Part shown: positions 33,308 through 43,104 of the stretch, in pieces
How the letters are laid out: every line of letters starts with the position of its first letter
How positions within the stretch are numbered: the stretch's first letter is position 1
From: a bacterium
GTDB lineage: Bacteria > Elusimicrobiota > Elusimicrobia > UBA1565 > UBA9628
DNA: 64,000 nucleotides
Direction: 5' to 3'
Assembly (NCBI GenBank): GCA_021782205.1
Contig: JAJXVH010000010.1
Location: 75-64,074 of the forward strand
Notes under the pieces: generated by a model
Databases searched by the model: none
The model's input: the letters and a program-made list of their open reading frames with translations, nothing else
What the model was told of the DNA's origin: nothing
Translations under genes and position numbers: made by a program

Positions 33308-34933
33308 ATGCCGGACCTAGACGACATCGTCGAGCAGCTCGCCTTCGGCAAAGAGAAGCGCAAGCCCGGTCCGAGCTTGGGTCTTTACCTGAGTCCGGAC
33401 ACGATCTATCTTGCGGAGTCGCACGTCGACCGAGCCGGGAAATTCGTCGTGGACCACCTGGTGCGCATCCCGATCCCGGCCGCGGTCAAGGGTGCTGGTG
33501 CGACGGCGACGATGAACACAGATTTCCTGGCCGATCCGCAGAAGATCGCCGGTCTGATTCAGCAGTCGATGGCGCAAACGCGCTGGAACTCCAAGAACGT
33601 CCGGGTCACCCTTTCTCATCACCTGGGCATGCTGCGGTATTTCACGATGCCGACTCTGGAGAAACGCTTCCTCCAGACCGCAGTGCCCTTGGAATCTAAA
33701 AAATACATCCCCATTCCGTTCGACGTTCTGGTCCACGACTTTCAAACGATGCCCCTGCCGCCTGACTCCGCGGGAAAGAGCCGCGTCGGCGTGCTGATCG
33801 CGGTCACACAGAACAAGAATGTGCCGAACATCATCGGCCTGCTCAACAGCCTGGGCCTGAAGCTCGATGGCTTGGAGGTCGCGCCCTGTTCCGTTCTTCG
33901 TTTGTGGCAGGCCGTGAATCCCTCGAAGGAAGTCGGGGCCTTCGCGCACGTTCACATGGACGGTGGCAACGTGCGCGTGATGGTCAGTGAGCACGGCGTG
34001 CCGATTTTCTTCCGCGAGGTCTTCCTGGGCTCTGATCCGACGCTCAACGATTTGCGTAAGATCGACCTGGCCGGCTGTCTGTCCTATATCCAAAAGCAGT
34101 TGGGCATCGCGAGCGTTTCTCGTGTCCGCGTCAGCGGCAATGTCGCCAACGTCGAGGAGCTTCGCGCGGCTTTTTCCGCTGAGGCGGGCGTCGAGGCGGA
34201 AATTCAGGACACCCCGGCATTGCTCTCGATCAAGAGCGGCGAGTGGGGCGGCTACGCGGCCTTGGGAGCTTCGGCGCACGCGCTGGTTTCCACGCCTTTG
34301 AAGCTGGACCTCGGCGCGCTGGACCGCGTCAGCGACGATGAGCGCCGCGTTTCGCGTGATATCCTGCTAACGGGCACGGCTTTTGCGGCTGTCTTGGCGG
34401 CCGCGGGCGCCTTCAAATCCGCGACTTACGCCTACCGGGCGCAGGAGCTCGCCAAATATCCTCTCGACGCGAATGTGAAAGCCGCGATCGGCACGATGCC
34501 GCCTGCTCAGATCGATACTTTGCTTGTCGAAATGCAGAAGCAGGCGACGGATCTTCAGGTCATCGTTCCGACCAATCGTCCGAAAATGACCGCCTTGCTC
34601 GCGGAAATCATTCAGCGGATGCCCGATAAAATTTGGCTGACACGAATCTCCATCTTCAGCCCCCTGGTGGAGGCAGAGCATTCCAAGTTCAAGATGGTTC
34701 TTGAGGGGCGCGCGCAGAGCGACTCTGTTTCAAGCGAACAGGCCGCGGCTTTCAAGTTTAAGGACGACCTGCTGCGTTCGCCTATGATCGGGCGTTATTT
34801 CAATATTCAAATCTCCCTGGAGAAGGGCGAGGGCACCAACGTGTCCCCGTCGTCGGGCATGGACCCGGAGCTCCTGCGCCAGAAGCTCGAGGATCGCACC
34901 AAATTCACTTTGGAAGTGAACTCAAAACACTGA
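33308..34933 (+). CDS. pilM: type IV pilus assembly protein, PilM-PilN fusion
   Basis: 541 aa. The N-terminal 340 aa or so are an actin-like PilM fold (LGLYLSPDTIYLAE, GLEVAPCSVLRLW, HMDGGNVRVMV). Then comes a TM helix (ILLTGTAFAAVLAAAGAF) and a PilN-like periplasmic domain (IWLTRISIF...KMVLEGRA). Confidence 0.8.
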   Translation: MPDLDDIVEQLAFGKEKRKPGPSLGLYLSPDTIYLAESHVDRAGKFVVDHLVRIPIPAAVKGAGATATMNTDFLADPQKIAGLIQQSMAQTRWNSKNVRVTLSHHLGMLRYFTMPTLEKRFLQTAVPLESKKYIPIPFDVLVHDFQTMPLPPDSAGKSRVGVLIAVTQNKNVPNIIGLLNSLGLKLDGLEVAPCSVLRLWQAVNPSKEVGAFAHVHMDGGNVRVMVSEHGVPIFFREVFLGSDPTLNDLRKIDLAGCLSYIQKQLGIASVSRVRVSGNVANVEELRAAFSAEAGVEAEIQDTPALLSIKSGEWGGYAALGASAHALVSTPLKLDLGALDRVSDDERRVSRDILLTGTAFAAVLAAAGAFKSATYAYRAQELAKYPLDANVKAAIGTMPPAQIDTLLVEMQKQATDLQVIVPTNRPKMTALLAEIIQRMPDKIWLTRISIFSPLVEAEHSKFKMVLEGRAQSDSVSSEQAAAFKFKDDLLRSPMIGRYFNIQISLEKGEGTNVSPSSGMDPELLRQKLEDRTKFTLEVNSKH

Positions 34934-35532
34934 TGGCAGAGCCTATCGACCTGAAGAAATTTTCCGATCTCGCGGTCAAAGAGATTGAGCTCGTTTTTGG
35001 CACTCTCCGGGACAAAGGCGCCAAGCGATTCGGCCGGACTTTTGCCCTGGCGGGCATCATGATCGCCGCGTCCTACATGCTCGTTTATCGGCCGCCGCAA
35101 AATAAGAGCGAAAAGCTGGAGGCGCAGATCGCTCACGCAAAACAGATCTTCGACTACGGCGAAAAATATAAGGCCTTGCGCGAGCAAACCGTTGCCGCGT
35201 ATTCGCGTCTTCCCTCCCCGACCGACCGCCCCCAGTGGTTGGCGAACTCGACGCGCGCGCTTTTGGAGGCCGGAAATCTGCAGAGCGACAATTTCGGGCC
35301 GTCGGACGAGACCGAGCACAACGGCCTGGTCTTTCAGTCCGCGATGATCTCCTTCGACGCGCATTTCTCGGACGTGTACGGCGTTCTGCTTCGCGCGGAG
35401 AACGCCCGTCCGCTGATGCACATCCAGCGCATCGACATGGCGAAGCTTCCACGAAGCGATCCGGACGATGCCGGAATCGCCCATATCGACTGCGACATCT
35501 CGACCGTGATTCCGATCAAGAGATTCCAATGA
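34933..35532 (+). CDS. pilO: PilO-like pilus assembly protein
   Basis: 199 aa with one N-terminal TM helix (FALAGIMIAASYMLVY), a coiled coil and an alpha/beta domain. The position after pilMN and a 1-nt TGATG overlap support the call. Confidence 0.6.
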   Translation: MAEPIDLKKFSDLAVKEIELVFGTLRDKGAKRFGRTFALAGIMIAASYMLVYRPPQNKSEKLEAQIAHAKQIFDYGEKYKALREQTVAAYSRLPSPTDRPQWLANSTRALLEAGNLQSDNFGPSDETEHNGLVFQSAMISFDAHFSDVYGVLLRAENARPLMHIQRIDMAKLPRSDPDDAGIAHIDCDISTVIPIKRFQ

Positions 35533-36272
35533 GCGAGAGCGAGGGACGCCGTCGCGGTGGGGCCGGCTGGCTGATTTTGGTCGCGGCGCTTGCCGTTCCC
35601 GGGTTCCTTTTTTATAACTGGTCGCGCAGCATGAAAGCGGAACACGAGCGGGCTTTGTCCGGCAAGGCGATGAGCCGGGCGGCAGAGGGCGCGTTGTTTG
35701 CAACGCCTCCCTCAGGAGGGCGCCTCGTTAATCCGATCGCGCCCGGCGCATCGGCGACAAATGTGCGCGCGTCGACCTCGACTCCCATGGCGACGACCGC
35801 GGCGGCGCGTCCGGCGGCATTGCCTTCAAAGAAAGTCCTTCCTTTGTCGGCGCCTTCCGTCCAGCCGAACGGGCCCGGCACTGCCGTCGCGGCGCCCGTG
35901 GTGTTGTCCAGCGCCGCGGTGACGCTGTCGCGCGACCCGTTCGTGTCGCCGCTGGACATCGTTCGTCAGCGCGAGGCCGCGGCGGAGCGCGAGCGTCAGC
36001 GACTGGCGGCGCTGGCGGCTTCGCGGCCCGTGATTCACCACCATGCTCGTCCCGTTGAGCGCAAGGTCGAGCAGGACGTCGAACTTCAGGGCGTGATCAC
36101 GACGCCGGACGGCAGCGCCCGGGCCATCATAAACAACGAGACTTTGGCCAAAGGCGAGACCTTCCGCGCCCCGGGGCACGAAGGCCGGGTGACCGTCGAG
36201 GAGATTACGTCCGACACGGTCTGGTTTGTCTACAAGAAGCGACGCTTTAAAAAAGTCATCAGCAACGAGTAG
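35529..36272 (+). CDS. pilP: PilP-like pilus assembly protein
   Basis: Start moved to MSESEGRRRGG (ATG 35529, overlaps the pilO stop). Has a TM anchor, a long Ala/Pro linker and a C-terminal beta domain (LQGVITTPDGSARAIINNETLAKGETF...VTVEEITSDTVWF) as in PilP/GspC HR domains. Confidence 0.55.
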   Translation: MSESEGRRRGGAGWLILVAALAVPGFLFYNWSRSMKAEHERALSGKAMSRAAEGALFATPPSGGRLVNPIAPGASATNVRASTSTPMATTAAARPAALPSKKVLPLSAPSVQPNGPGTAVAAPVVLSSAAVTLSRDPFVSPLDIVRQREAAAERERQRLAALAASRPVIHHHARPVERKVEQDVELQGVITTPDGSARAIINNETLAKGETFRAPGHEGRVTVEEITSDTVWFVYKKRRFKKVISNE

Positions 36273-36286
36273 TGCCTGGAGGCATC

Positions 36287-38104
36287 ATGAGGCTCGTCAC
36301 GCAGTCGCGACGCACGTCAATCCCGCGTTCCGCGGCGGCCCTGGCCGTCGGCGCGAGTCTTGCGTTTGGCGACGTTCCCGCCTATGCGCAGCGCCGCCAG
36401 GCCGAACCGGACGCCAATCCCGCGTTCCAGGGCCAGACCTCCGGGGCCCCCAGCGATGCGGGCGCGCCGGTCGCCGAACCGGGAATGGTGGCGCCGGCGG
36501 CGGCCTCTCCGGCCCCGGTCGGGTCCGATACCGCCTTGGGCGAGCCGCGCAGCGTGCAAAGCGTTCAGATCGGAGCCGCGCCCGCGCCAGTGGAAGCCGT
36601 GCCAGTGGAGACGACTCCGCTGGAGACGCGCGTGACCGTGCGCGTCAAGGGCGTGCCTCTGGCGACGTTCCTGGACACGATCTCGGCTCAAGCCAAGATC
36701 AACTTCATCATCACCGAAGGCCTGGAAGAGAAGCGCGTCACGGCCTTTCTCCAAAACGTGACGGTGCGCGATGCGCTGCAGGTTCTGCTCGAAATCAAAG
36801 GACTGACGTATCAGCGCATCGGTAAGACCAACACCTATGTCGTGACCCAGCGCTCAAAGCAGGCCGAGAATCTGGTGACGCGCATCTACGCGCTCTCCTA
36901 CATACCGCTCATCGACCTGACCGCCAAGGATGTGACGTCTGTCGCCTCGAGCGCGTCCGGAGGCTCCCCGACCGGGGGTGCGCCCACACCTTCGCCCACG
37001 GCTGCGAGCGGCGGGACCGGTGGGACCGGCGGCGCCGGGGGGCCGGGAGGAGGAAACAATAAACCATGCTCTCCCAAAAACCGGACCATCGACATCGCGC
37101 GCATCCTCTGTTCGGTGCTTTCTAAATCCGGCGATATCGAGATCGAGCCGCGCACGAATTCGATCATCGTCACGGATATCCCCGAGAGCTTCCCGCAGGT
37201 GGAGCAGATCCTCTCCGAACTGGATAAGAAGGCCCCGCAGGTGCTCATCGAGACGCAGATCGTGGAAATCGATTCGACGCGCACGCGCAACCTCGGTTTC
37301 GAGTGGGGCGGTCAGAACGGCGAGTTGGCGACCTTCACCGGAGGCAAACGCGACACGACATTCCCTTTGAATATTTCTGGGACTCCGTCGAACACGCACT
37401 TTTTCGATCCGTTGCTGCTGCCGGGCGGCGTGATTAGCACGATCGGCATGCTCTCCGGAGGTGCCAGCGGCGCCGCGGCGCTGGGCACGACCGGCGCTGG
37501 CGGCGGCGCCGCGACCCAGAATACCCAACTGTTCGGTTCTTACCTGCAGACCAGCGTCCTGGACCTTACCTCGCTGGCGGTGACCCTGCGCGCTCTCGTG
37601 GAGAGCTCCGAGGCACGCTTCTTGGGCAAGCCCAAAGTCCTGACGCTGAACAACAAGACCGCGACGATCGAGATTCAGCAGGACCAGGCCGTCGCGATCG
37701 AAAGCACCTTGGCGGGAGGCTTCGGGGTCACTCAATCCGTTCAGCAGGCCGAACGCTACAACACCGGAGTCAAGCTGAGGGTCACGCCTCAGGTCAACAA
37801 GGACGGCTATATCACCATGTTGCTGGAGCCGACGTTCGCCAACGTCGAGCAGTCGGTGGTTTCGACGGCGGCCAACCCCGTCTACGACCCGCTGACGCGC
37901 GCCAGCGTCACTCTTGTGCGCGTCAAGAACGGGCAGACCGTGGTCATCGGCGGTCTGCTGGAGTCCAACGAGACGAAGGATGTGCGAAAGGTTCCTTTTC
38001 TCGGCTACATCCCGCTGATCGGCTGGCTGTTCACGAGCAATCTCTACACGCGCACCAACACCGATCTGGTCATCTTCATCACGCCGACCATCGTCAGCGA
38101 CTAA
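36287..38104 (+). CDS. pilQ: type IV pilus / type II secretion secretin
   Basis: ATG 36287 with GGAGG 5 nt upstream. STN-like N-terminal domain (VTVRVKGVPLATFLDTISAQAKINFII), N-domains and the secretin C-domain (VVIGGLLESNETKDVRKVPFLGYIPLIGWLF...LVIFITPTIV). Confidence 0.9.
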   Translation: MRLVTQSRRTSIPRSAAALAVGASLAFGDVPAYAQRRQAEPDANPAFQGQTSGAPSDAGAPVAEPGMVAPAAASPAPVGSDTALGEPRSVQSVQIGAAPAPVEAVPVETTPLETRVTVRVKGVPLATFLDTISAQAKINFIITEGLEEKRVTAFLQNVTVRDALQVLLEIKGLTYQRIGKTNTYVVTQRSKQAENLVTRIYALSYIPLIDLTAKDVTSVASSASGGSPTGGAPTPSPTAASGGTGGTGGAGGPGGGNNKPCSPKNRTIDIARILCSVLSKSGDIEIEPRTNSIIVTDIPESFPQVEQILSELDKKAPQVLIETQIVEIDSTRTRNLGFEWGGQNGELATFTGGKRDTTFPLNISGTPSNTHFFDPLLLPGGVISTIGMLSGGASGAAALGTTGAGGGAATQNTQLFGSYLQTSVLDLTSLAVTLRALVESSEARFLGKPKVLTLNNKTATIEIQQDQAVAIESTLAGGFGVTQSVQQAERYNTGVKLRVTPQVNKDGYITMLLEPTFANVEQSVVSTAANPVYDPLTRASVTLVRVKNGQTVVIGGLLESNETKDVRKVPFLGYIPLIGWLFTSNLYTRTNTDLVIFITPTIVSD

Positions 38105-38131
38105 ATCCGTCCGACTTGCGCGGTCCGGGGC

Positions 38132-38159
38132 TTGACAAGCGACGGGGTCCGGCTATACT
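38132..38159 (+). promoter_or_regulatory. candidate internal promoter upstream of pilB (TTGACA-16-TATACT)
   Basis: cTTGACAagcgacggggtccggcTATACT, 29 nt upstream of ATG 38189. Shares the extended motif CTTGACAAG..GACG..GGG with the pilC promoter. Confidence 0.45.
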
Positions 38160-38188
38160 TCGGTTACAGCGAGAGGAATGTATCCACT

Positions 38189-39919
38189 ATGGCCGAAACA
38201 CTTGCCGATATTTTGGTGACGAGCGGGGTTCTGACCCTCGAGCAGAAGGACAAGGCGCTCAAGGTCGCGACGCAGACGAAGTGCCAGTTTTCCGAAGCGG
38301 CCGTGAAGCTTGGGTTTACCAAGGAAGAAGACATCGCGATCGCCCTGTCCAAGCAGTATGGCGTTCCCTACGCCTCGCGCGACAACAAGATACTGAAAGC
38401 CGAGAAGGGCCAGAACCTGGAGAAGATTCTGCCCGAGGCCTACGCGCGGCAGAATTTCATCCTCCCGCTCTTCCAGGACAACAACGTGCTCGCGGTCGCC
38501 ATGTCGGAACCCGAGAACATGCTGCTGCTCGACAACGTTAAAATGCTGACGGGCCTGGAGGTTCAGGCTTTCATTTCGACGAAGACTCAGATCATCAAGG
38601 CGATCGATGAATTCTACCTGGGCGGCAGCGCCATCGACCGTACGCTGGACAGCAAGAACGCCTCGGATGAGGTCGAAGAGGCGGTGCAGACGGGCGACGA
38701 GCGCCTCAACCTCGACCAGGCCTCGGCCGACGCGCAGGGAGCGCAGGTCGTTTCCCTGGTCAACGCGATCCTCAAGCAGTCCATCCAAGAGCGCGCTTCG
38801 GATATCCACATTGAAAAATACGACGACCGCATCAACATCCGCTTCCGCATCGACGGCGTGCTCTATGAGCGCACGCCGCCGCCCAAGCAGATGTTCAACG
38901 GCATCGTCTCGCGCCTGAAGATCTTGTCCAAGCTGGACATTGCCGAGCGGCGGCTTCCGCAAGACGGCCAGTTCTCGATCAAGGTTCAAAACCGCGTCAT
39001 TGACCTGCGCGTCTCGATTTGTCCCTGCGTGTTCGGCGAGAAGGTCGTTATGCGCCTTCTCGACAAGGGCGCCGTGGAGCTCGACATCAACAAGGTCGGT
39101 TTGGACCCGCGGCAGCGCGACGACATCATCGAGGCGGCCAACCGGCCACACGGCCTGTTCTTCATGACCGGCCCGACCGGTTCGGGCAAGACCACGACGT
39201 TGGGCGCGATTCTGAACACGATCAAGAACCCCGAGATTAACATCATGACCATCGAGGACCCGGTCGAGCTCAAGATCGAGGGCATCAACCAGGTCCAAGT
39301 GCGCGCGGCCATCGGACTGACGTTTGCCTCGGCGCTACGCTCCTTCTTGCGTCAGGACCCGGACGTGATCTTGGTTGGAGAGGTTCGCGACCAGGAGACC
39401 GCGCAGACCTGCCTGCGCGCGGCACTCACGGGCCACCTGGTGATCTCGACTCTGCACACCAACGACGCTCTGTCGTGCGTCGTGCGTTTGATCGACATGG
39501 GCATCGAACCGTTCATGCTCGCCAACTCCCTGCAGCTGGCCGCGGCCCAGCGCTTGGTGCGCCTGCTCTGCCCGCACTGCAAGAAGCCGGCGAAGGTTCC
39601 GCTGGAAATGGCGCAAACGGTGGTGAAGGAAGCCCTGATCGAACAGGCGCCGGACCCCGCTTCGGTCGTCTTCTACGAGGCGCGCGGCTGCGACCGCTGC
39701 TCCCGCACCGGCTACGCCGGCCGCAAGGCGATTTACGAGGTGTATAAGCTCAACGGCGCGATGCGCGAGATCATCTACCGCTACGGCGGAGACATCGGCC
39801 GTCTGCGCGCCGCGGCCGAAGAGGCGGGCATGTGGACCATGCGTGCCAGCGGTTTTCGCAAGGTTATCAACGGTCTGACGACCATCGAGGAAGTGATGTC
39901 CGTCACCGTCGCGGAGTGA
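38189..39919 (+). CDS. pilB: type IV pilus assembly / type II secretion ATPase (GspE/PilB family)
   Basis: Start moved to MAETLADILV. Has an N-terminal T2SSE_N/MshEN-like domain, Walker A GPTGSGKTTT, Asp/His boxes and the tetracysteine motif CPHCK...CDRC. Confidence 0.9.
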   Translation: MAETLADILVTSGVLTLEQKDKALKVATQTKCQFSEAAVKLGFTKEEDIAIALSKQYGVPYASRDNKILKAEKGQNLEKILPEAYARQNFILPLFQDNNVLAVAMSEPENMLLLDNVKMLTGLEVQAFISTKTQIIKAIDEFYLGGSAIDRTLDSKNASDEVEEAVQTGDERLNLDQASADAQGAQVVSLVNAILKQSIQERASDIHIEKYDDRINIRFRIDGVLYERTPPPKQMFNGIVSRLKILSKLDIAERRLPQDGQFSIKVQNRVIDLRVSICPCVFGEKVVMRLLDKGAVELDINKVGLDPRQRDDIIEAANRPHGLFFMTGPTGSGKTTTLGAILNTIKNPEINIMTIEDPVELKIEGINQVQVRAAIGLTFASALRSFLRQDPDVILVGEVRDQETAQTCLRAALTGHLVISTLHTNDALSCVVRLIDMGIEPFMLANSLQLAAAQRLVRLLCPHCKKPAKVPLEMAQTVVKEALIEQAPDPASVVFYEARGCDRCSRTGYAGRKAIYEVYKLNGAMREIIYRYGGDIGRLRAAAEEAGMWTMRASGFRKVINGLTTIEEVMSVTVAE

Positions 39920-39968
39920 TGCCCCCGGCGACGTCTGGGAGAGCACAGAAATCGCACAGGTGGTTGCC

Positions 39969-39997
39969 TTGACAAGGACGTAGGGGCGTATTACACT
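39969..39997 (+). promoter_or_regulatory. candidate internal promoter upstream of pilC (TTGACA-17-TACACT)
   Basis: cTTGACAaggacgtaggggcgtatTACACT, 18 nt upstream of ATG 40016. Confidence 0.45.
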
Positions 39998-40015
39998 GCC
40001 TCTACACCCCGATTT

Positions 40016-41230
40016 ATGGCGCGATACTCTTATACCGTCCAAGACAGCCGAGGCGAAACCAGCTCCGGAGCCATTGAGGCTACCGACGAGAACGAGGCCA
40101 TATCGGCCCTGCAGTCGAAGGGCTACTTCATTCTTTCGATCAGCGCCGACAAGGCCGCCGGCAGCAGTTCCTCCAAGGGCGGCGGGTCCGTCGCCATTCA
40201 GGATCTCGTTTTCTTCTCCGAACAGTTGGCGACGCTGCTCAACGGCGGCGTTCCTCTGGTCCGCGCTCTGTCCTTGCTGGGGGAGAACTCGGGTTCGAAG
40301 GGCCTCCAGTTCGCGTTGGCGCAGGTCACCAAGGACGTGGCCAGCGGCACGGCGCTCTACAAAGCTTTGGAAAAGCATCCCAAAATATTCGACACCCTTT
40401 GGGTCTCGCTGGTCCAAGCCGGTGAAATGGGAGGCCAACTGCCGAAGGTTCTCAAGCAGATCGGCGCCTACCTGGCTTCGCAAGCAGAATTGCAGGGCAA
40501 GATCATCACGGCGCTGGCCTATCCCGGCGTGCTGATGACGGTTTCGCTCGGCGTGCTGCTGTTTTTTATCGTCAAGATCGTTCCGGTCTTCGCGGACATT
40601 TTCGCGGGCTTCAACATCAAACTGCCGCCCCTGACCCAAGCCATCATTTTCGTCTCGCACCTGATCGTCCACCACTTGGCGGGCCTGATCACCAGCATGG
40701 TGGGCTCGTATTTTGCGTGGTCCGCGTATACCTCGACGGAGCCGGGGCAGGAAGCGAAGTGGAACATGATCATGGGTTTTCCATTTTTCGGCGATTTCGT
40801 TAAAAATATCCTCATTGAGCGGCTGCTGACCACTTTGTCGACTTTGATCGAGTCCGGCGTGAGCATTCTGAGCGCCATCACCGTGCTGGAGGGGGTCTTC
40901 GCCAAAAACATCATCTTCCGGCGCGTTTTGGGCGCGGTCAAGAACGACGTCGCCAGCGGCAAATCAATTTCACAGTCGTTTAAGAAGACCGGCGTCCTTC
41001 CCAATCTGGTCACGGAGATGATCTTCATGGGCGAGGAGTCCGGTAAGCTTCCGGATATGCTCGTGACCCTTTCGTCTTTTTACAAGGAGCAGATTGACCA
41101 GTTCACGCGGCGCTTCAACTCGATCATCGAACCGCTGATGGTGGTGGCGGTCGGCGCGATCGTCGGCGTCATCGTCCTGGCGGTGTTCCTGCCGATCTTC
41201 AAGCTTTCGACCATGGGAGGCGGACATTGA
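40016..41230 (+). CDS. pilC: type IV pilus / T2SS platform protein (GspF/PilC family)
   Basis: 404 aa with two T2SSF repeats (FSEQLATLLNGGVPLVRAL; ERLLTTLSTLIESGVSILSAI) and three TM blocks. Confidence 0.9.
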   Translation: MARYSYTVQDSRGETSSGAIEATDENEAISALQSKGYFILSISADKAAGSSSSKGGGSVAIQDLVFFSEQLATLLNGGVPLVRALSLLGENSGSKGLQFALAQVTKDVASGTALYKALEKHPKIFDTLWVSLVQAGEMGGQLPKVLKQIGAYLASQAELQGKIITALAYPGVLMTVSLGVLLFFIVKIVPVFADIFAGFNIKLPPLTQAIIFVSHLIVHHLAGLITSMVGSYFAWSAYTSTEPGQEAKWNMIMGFPFFGDFVKNILIERLLTTLSTLIESGVSILSAITVLEGVFAKNIIFRRVLGAVKNDVASGKSISQSFKKTGVLPNLVTEMIFMGEESGKLPDMLVTLSSFYKEQIDQFTRRFNSIIEPLMVVAVGAIVGVIVLAVFLPIFKLSTMGGGH

Positions 41231-41766
41231 TGAGACGCGCGCGATCTGGCGGCTACACGCTGATGGAGCTTATCACCACGGTTCTTCTCGTGGGGATATT
41301 GGCGGCGTTCGCGGTGCCTCAATATTTGAAGACCGTGGAGACGAATAAATTCGACGACGCCGTGGGTCTGACCAACCAGATCGGCATGACCAACCGGATG
41401 TTCGCGCTCGATCATGCCGGCGTTTATACCCAGGGCGCCTTCGGCGGCACAAGTTGCAACTGCAACAGTGGCACTTGCTCAAGCTATAATCCGATCCTGG
41501 CGCCGTTTACTAAACCATGCGCGCTCGTGTGCTGCAACTATCTCGGCGACCAGAACTGGAGCCAGAAGCCGTACACGTTCTACGCCTGCGATCCGGGCAG
41601 CGGCGGCGGCGGCGGCCCCTGCTCGTCGACCTACGTTTCCGGCGCGTCGCGTACGAATGGCGCGAGTCCGGGCACCACTTTTTCGCCCTACACGGCTTGG
41701 AGCGTTTATATGAATTCGTCGGGGGGTATCTATTCGCTTGGCGGCGCGCCGACTCCGACCTATTGA
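41227..41766 (+). CDS. prepilin-type N-terminal cleavage/methylation domain pilin (candidate major pilin), Cys-rich
   Basis: Leader MMRRARSGG | YTLMELITTVLLVGILAAFAVP with Gly-1 and Glu+5. Globular part carries 8 Cys (SCNCNSGTC, PCALVCC, YAC, GPC). ATGA overlap with pilC. Confidence 0.8.
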   Translation: MMRRARSGGYTLMELITTVLLVGILAAFAVPQYLKTVETNKFDDAVGLTNQIGMTNRMFALDHAGVYTQGAFGGTSCNCNSGTCSSYNPILAPFTKPCALVCCNYLGDQNWSQKPYTFYACDPGSGGGGGPCSSTYVSGASRTNGASPGTTFSPYTAWSVYMNSSGGIYSLGGAPTPTY

Positions 41767-42337
41767 TGCCCGTCACCTCGGCGGCTACACGCTCATCGAG
41801 GTGGTGGTGGCTTTGCTGGTGTCGGCGATTATCGCGACGGCGGTCATGAGCGTCGCGCTCACCGCGAAGATGAACGGGGGACAAAACGGTAAAACCGACC
41901 GGCACGAGATCGCGGGGGAGGCCGTGAAGAACATCTCCTCGGCGTTGCGCAACTTCGCCAGCGGCTGCTGCGACGTGCAAAAGGGATGCAATCCGAACGG
42001 TTACGGCGCCGGGAACTTGTGGACGTGCTACCCGATTTCGGGTCCGAATGTGAACGATCCCTCCTACCACGGCTGGACGTTCAACAACTATCCCTTGGCG
42101 ACCGGGCCTGTGGGCGACTCCGGTTTTGCCGGCCGCTACGCGCTGCTCAACGGAACACATATCTTGACGAACGTTCTTCCGTCTTGGTTCACCGCGGCGC
42201 CATACAACGCTCAGGTGAGCTACACGGTGAATGCGGCTGCAGGTGTCCCGTACACACTGCCCGCCGCTTTCCCCGCCACCCCGGTCATGCCGCCGGTCTA
42301 TGTCAGCGTCACCTGGACGGAACCGGTATCCCCATGA
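41738..42337 (+). CDS. prepilin-type minor (pseudo)pilin
   Basis: ...ARHLGG | YTLIEVVVALLVSAIIATAV with Glu+5. TTG 41738 is the only in-frame start. 4 Cys (SGCCDVQKGC...WTC). Confidence 0.7.
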   Translation: MAARRLRPIDARHLGGYTLIEVVVALLVSAIIATAVMSVALTAKMNGGQNGKTDRHEIAGEAVKNISSALRNFASGCCDVQKGCNPNGYGAGNLWTCYPISGPNVNDPSYHGWTFNNYPLATGPVGDSGFAGRYALLNGTHILTNVLPSWFTAAPYNAQVSYTVNAAAGVPYTLPAAFPATPVMPPVYVSVTWTEPVSP

Positions 42338-43104
42338 AAAATCAACGGCGTGGCTTTTCGTTGCTTGAGTTAGTGCTTGCGCTTTCTTTCGCGGCGATCG
42401 TTCTTTATGGGATCACCAGCGTGTTCACTTCATTGACGAAATTCGAATTCGAGGCCGTGCGCAAAAACTCGGTCGACGGCTGGTCCCAGGCGTCGCTTTC
42501 ATCCATGACCAAGGAGATCGAGGACGCCACGATAATCTACTTCCCGAGCGCGGCGTTCGCCGGCCTCTCTGGGGTGTCCGCGACGAACGGGATACTCGGT
42601 TGCACGAACTGGTCGACGATGCTCAACAACGGCCTCAACAACGCCACCTCTGGTGGGCCGCTCGATCCAAGCTTGCCGGTGGTTCAGTTCTACTACTGCT
42701 ATGACGCCACGTCCGGACCCACTCCAGCGCCGAGCATAAATCCAGTCGCCTACCTAAGACGCATCGCGGCCTCCGGGGCGGCCGTGACCTGTCCGGCGGT
42801 GGGGGCCGTGAACCCCGGAACCTATCCTTGCCACGGAGGTTCCGTTCTGCCGCGCCAAACTTCGAACGATGTGATCGCCACGAACGTCAACCTCACTCCC
42901 GGCAACACGGATATGTTTTTTTACTACAAGAGCGGCCCGGCCGAAGGCGTCAGCTTGAACTTTCTCGTTGGCAATCCTACGCCGGGCCCGCCCGGTGGTT
43001 CGCAATCCGGCGTGCCTTCCGCGGCGAACATAACGAATCCCCAAACGCTCTTGGTCCAGACGTCGATCGCCTTGAACAGGCCGTACATGAACTCGAACGA
43101 CTGA
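42334..43104 (+). CDS. prepilin-type minor (pseudo)pilin
   Basis: Start moved to MKNQRRG | FSLLELVLALSFAAIVLYG (ATG 42334, ATGA overlap). Confidence 0.65.
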   Translation: MKNQRRGFSLLELVLALSFAAIVLYGITSVFTSLTKFEFEAVRKNSVDGWSQASLSSMTKEIEDATIIYFPSAAFAGLSGVSATNGILGCTNWSTMLNNGLNNATSGGPLDPSLPVVQFYYCYDATSGPTPAPSINPVAYLRRIAASGAAVTCPAVGAVNPGTYPCHGGSVLPRQTSNDVIATNVNLTPGNTDMFFYYKSGPAEGVSLNFLVGNPTPGPPGGSQSGVPSAANITNPQTLLVQTSIALNRPYMNSND

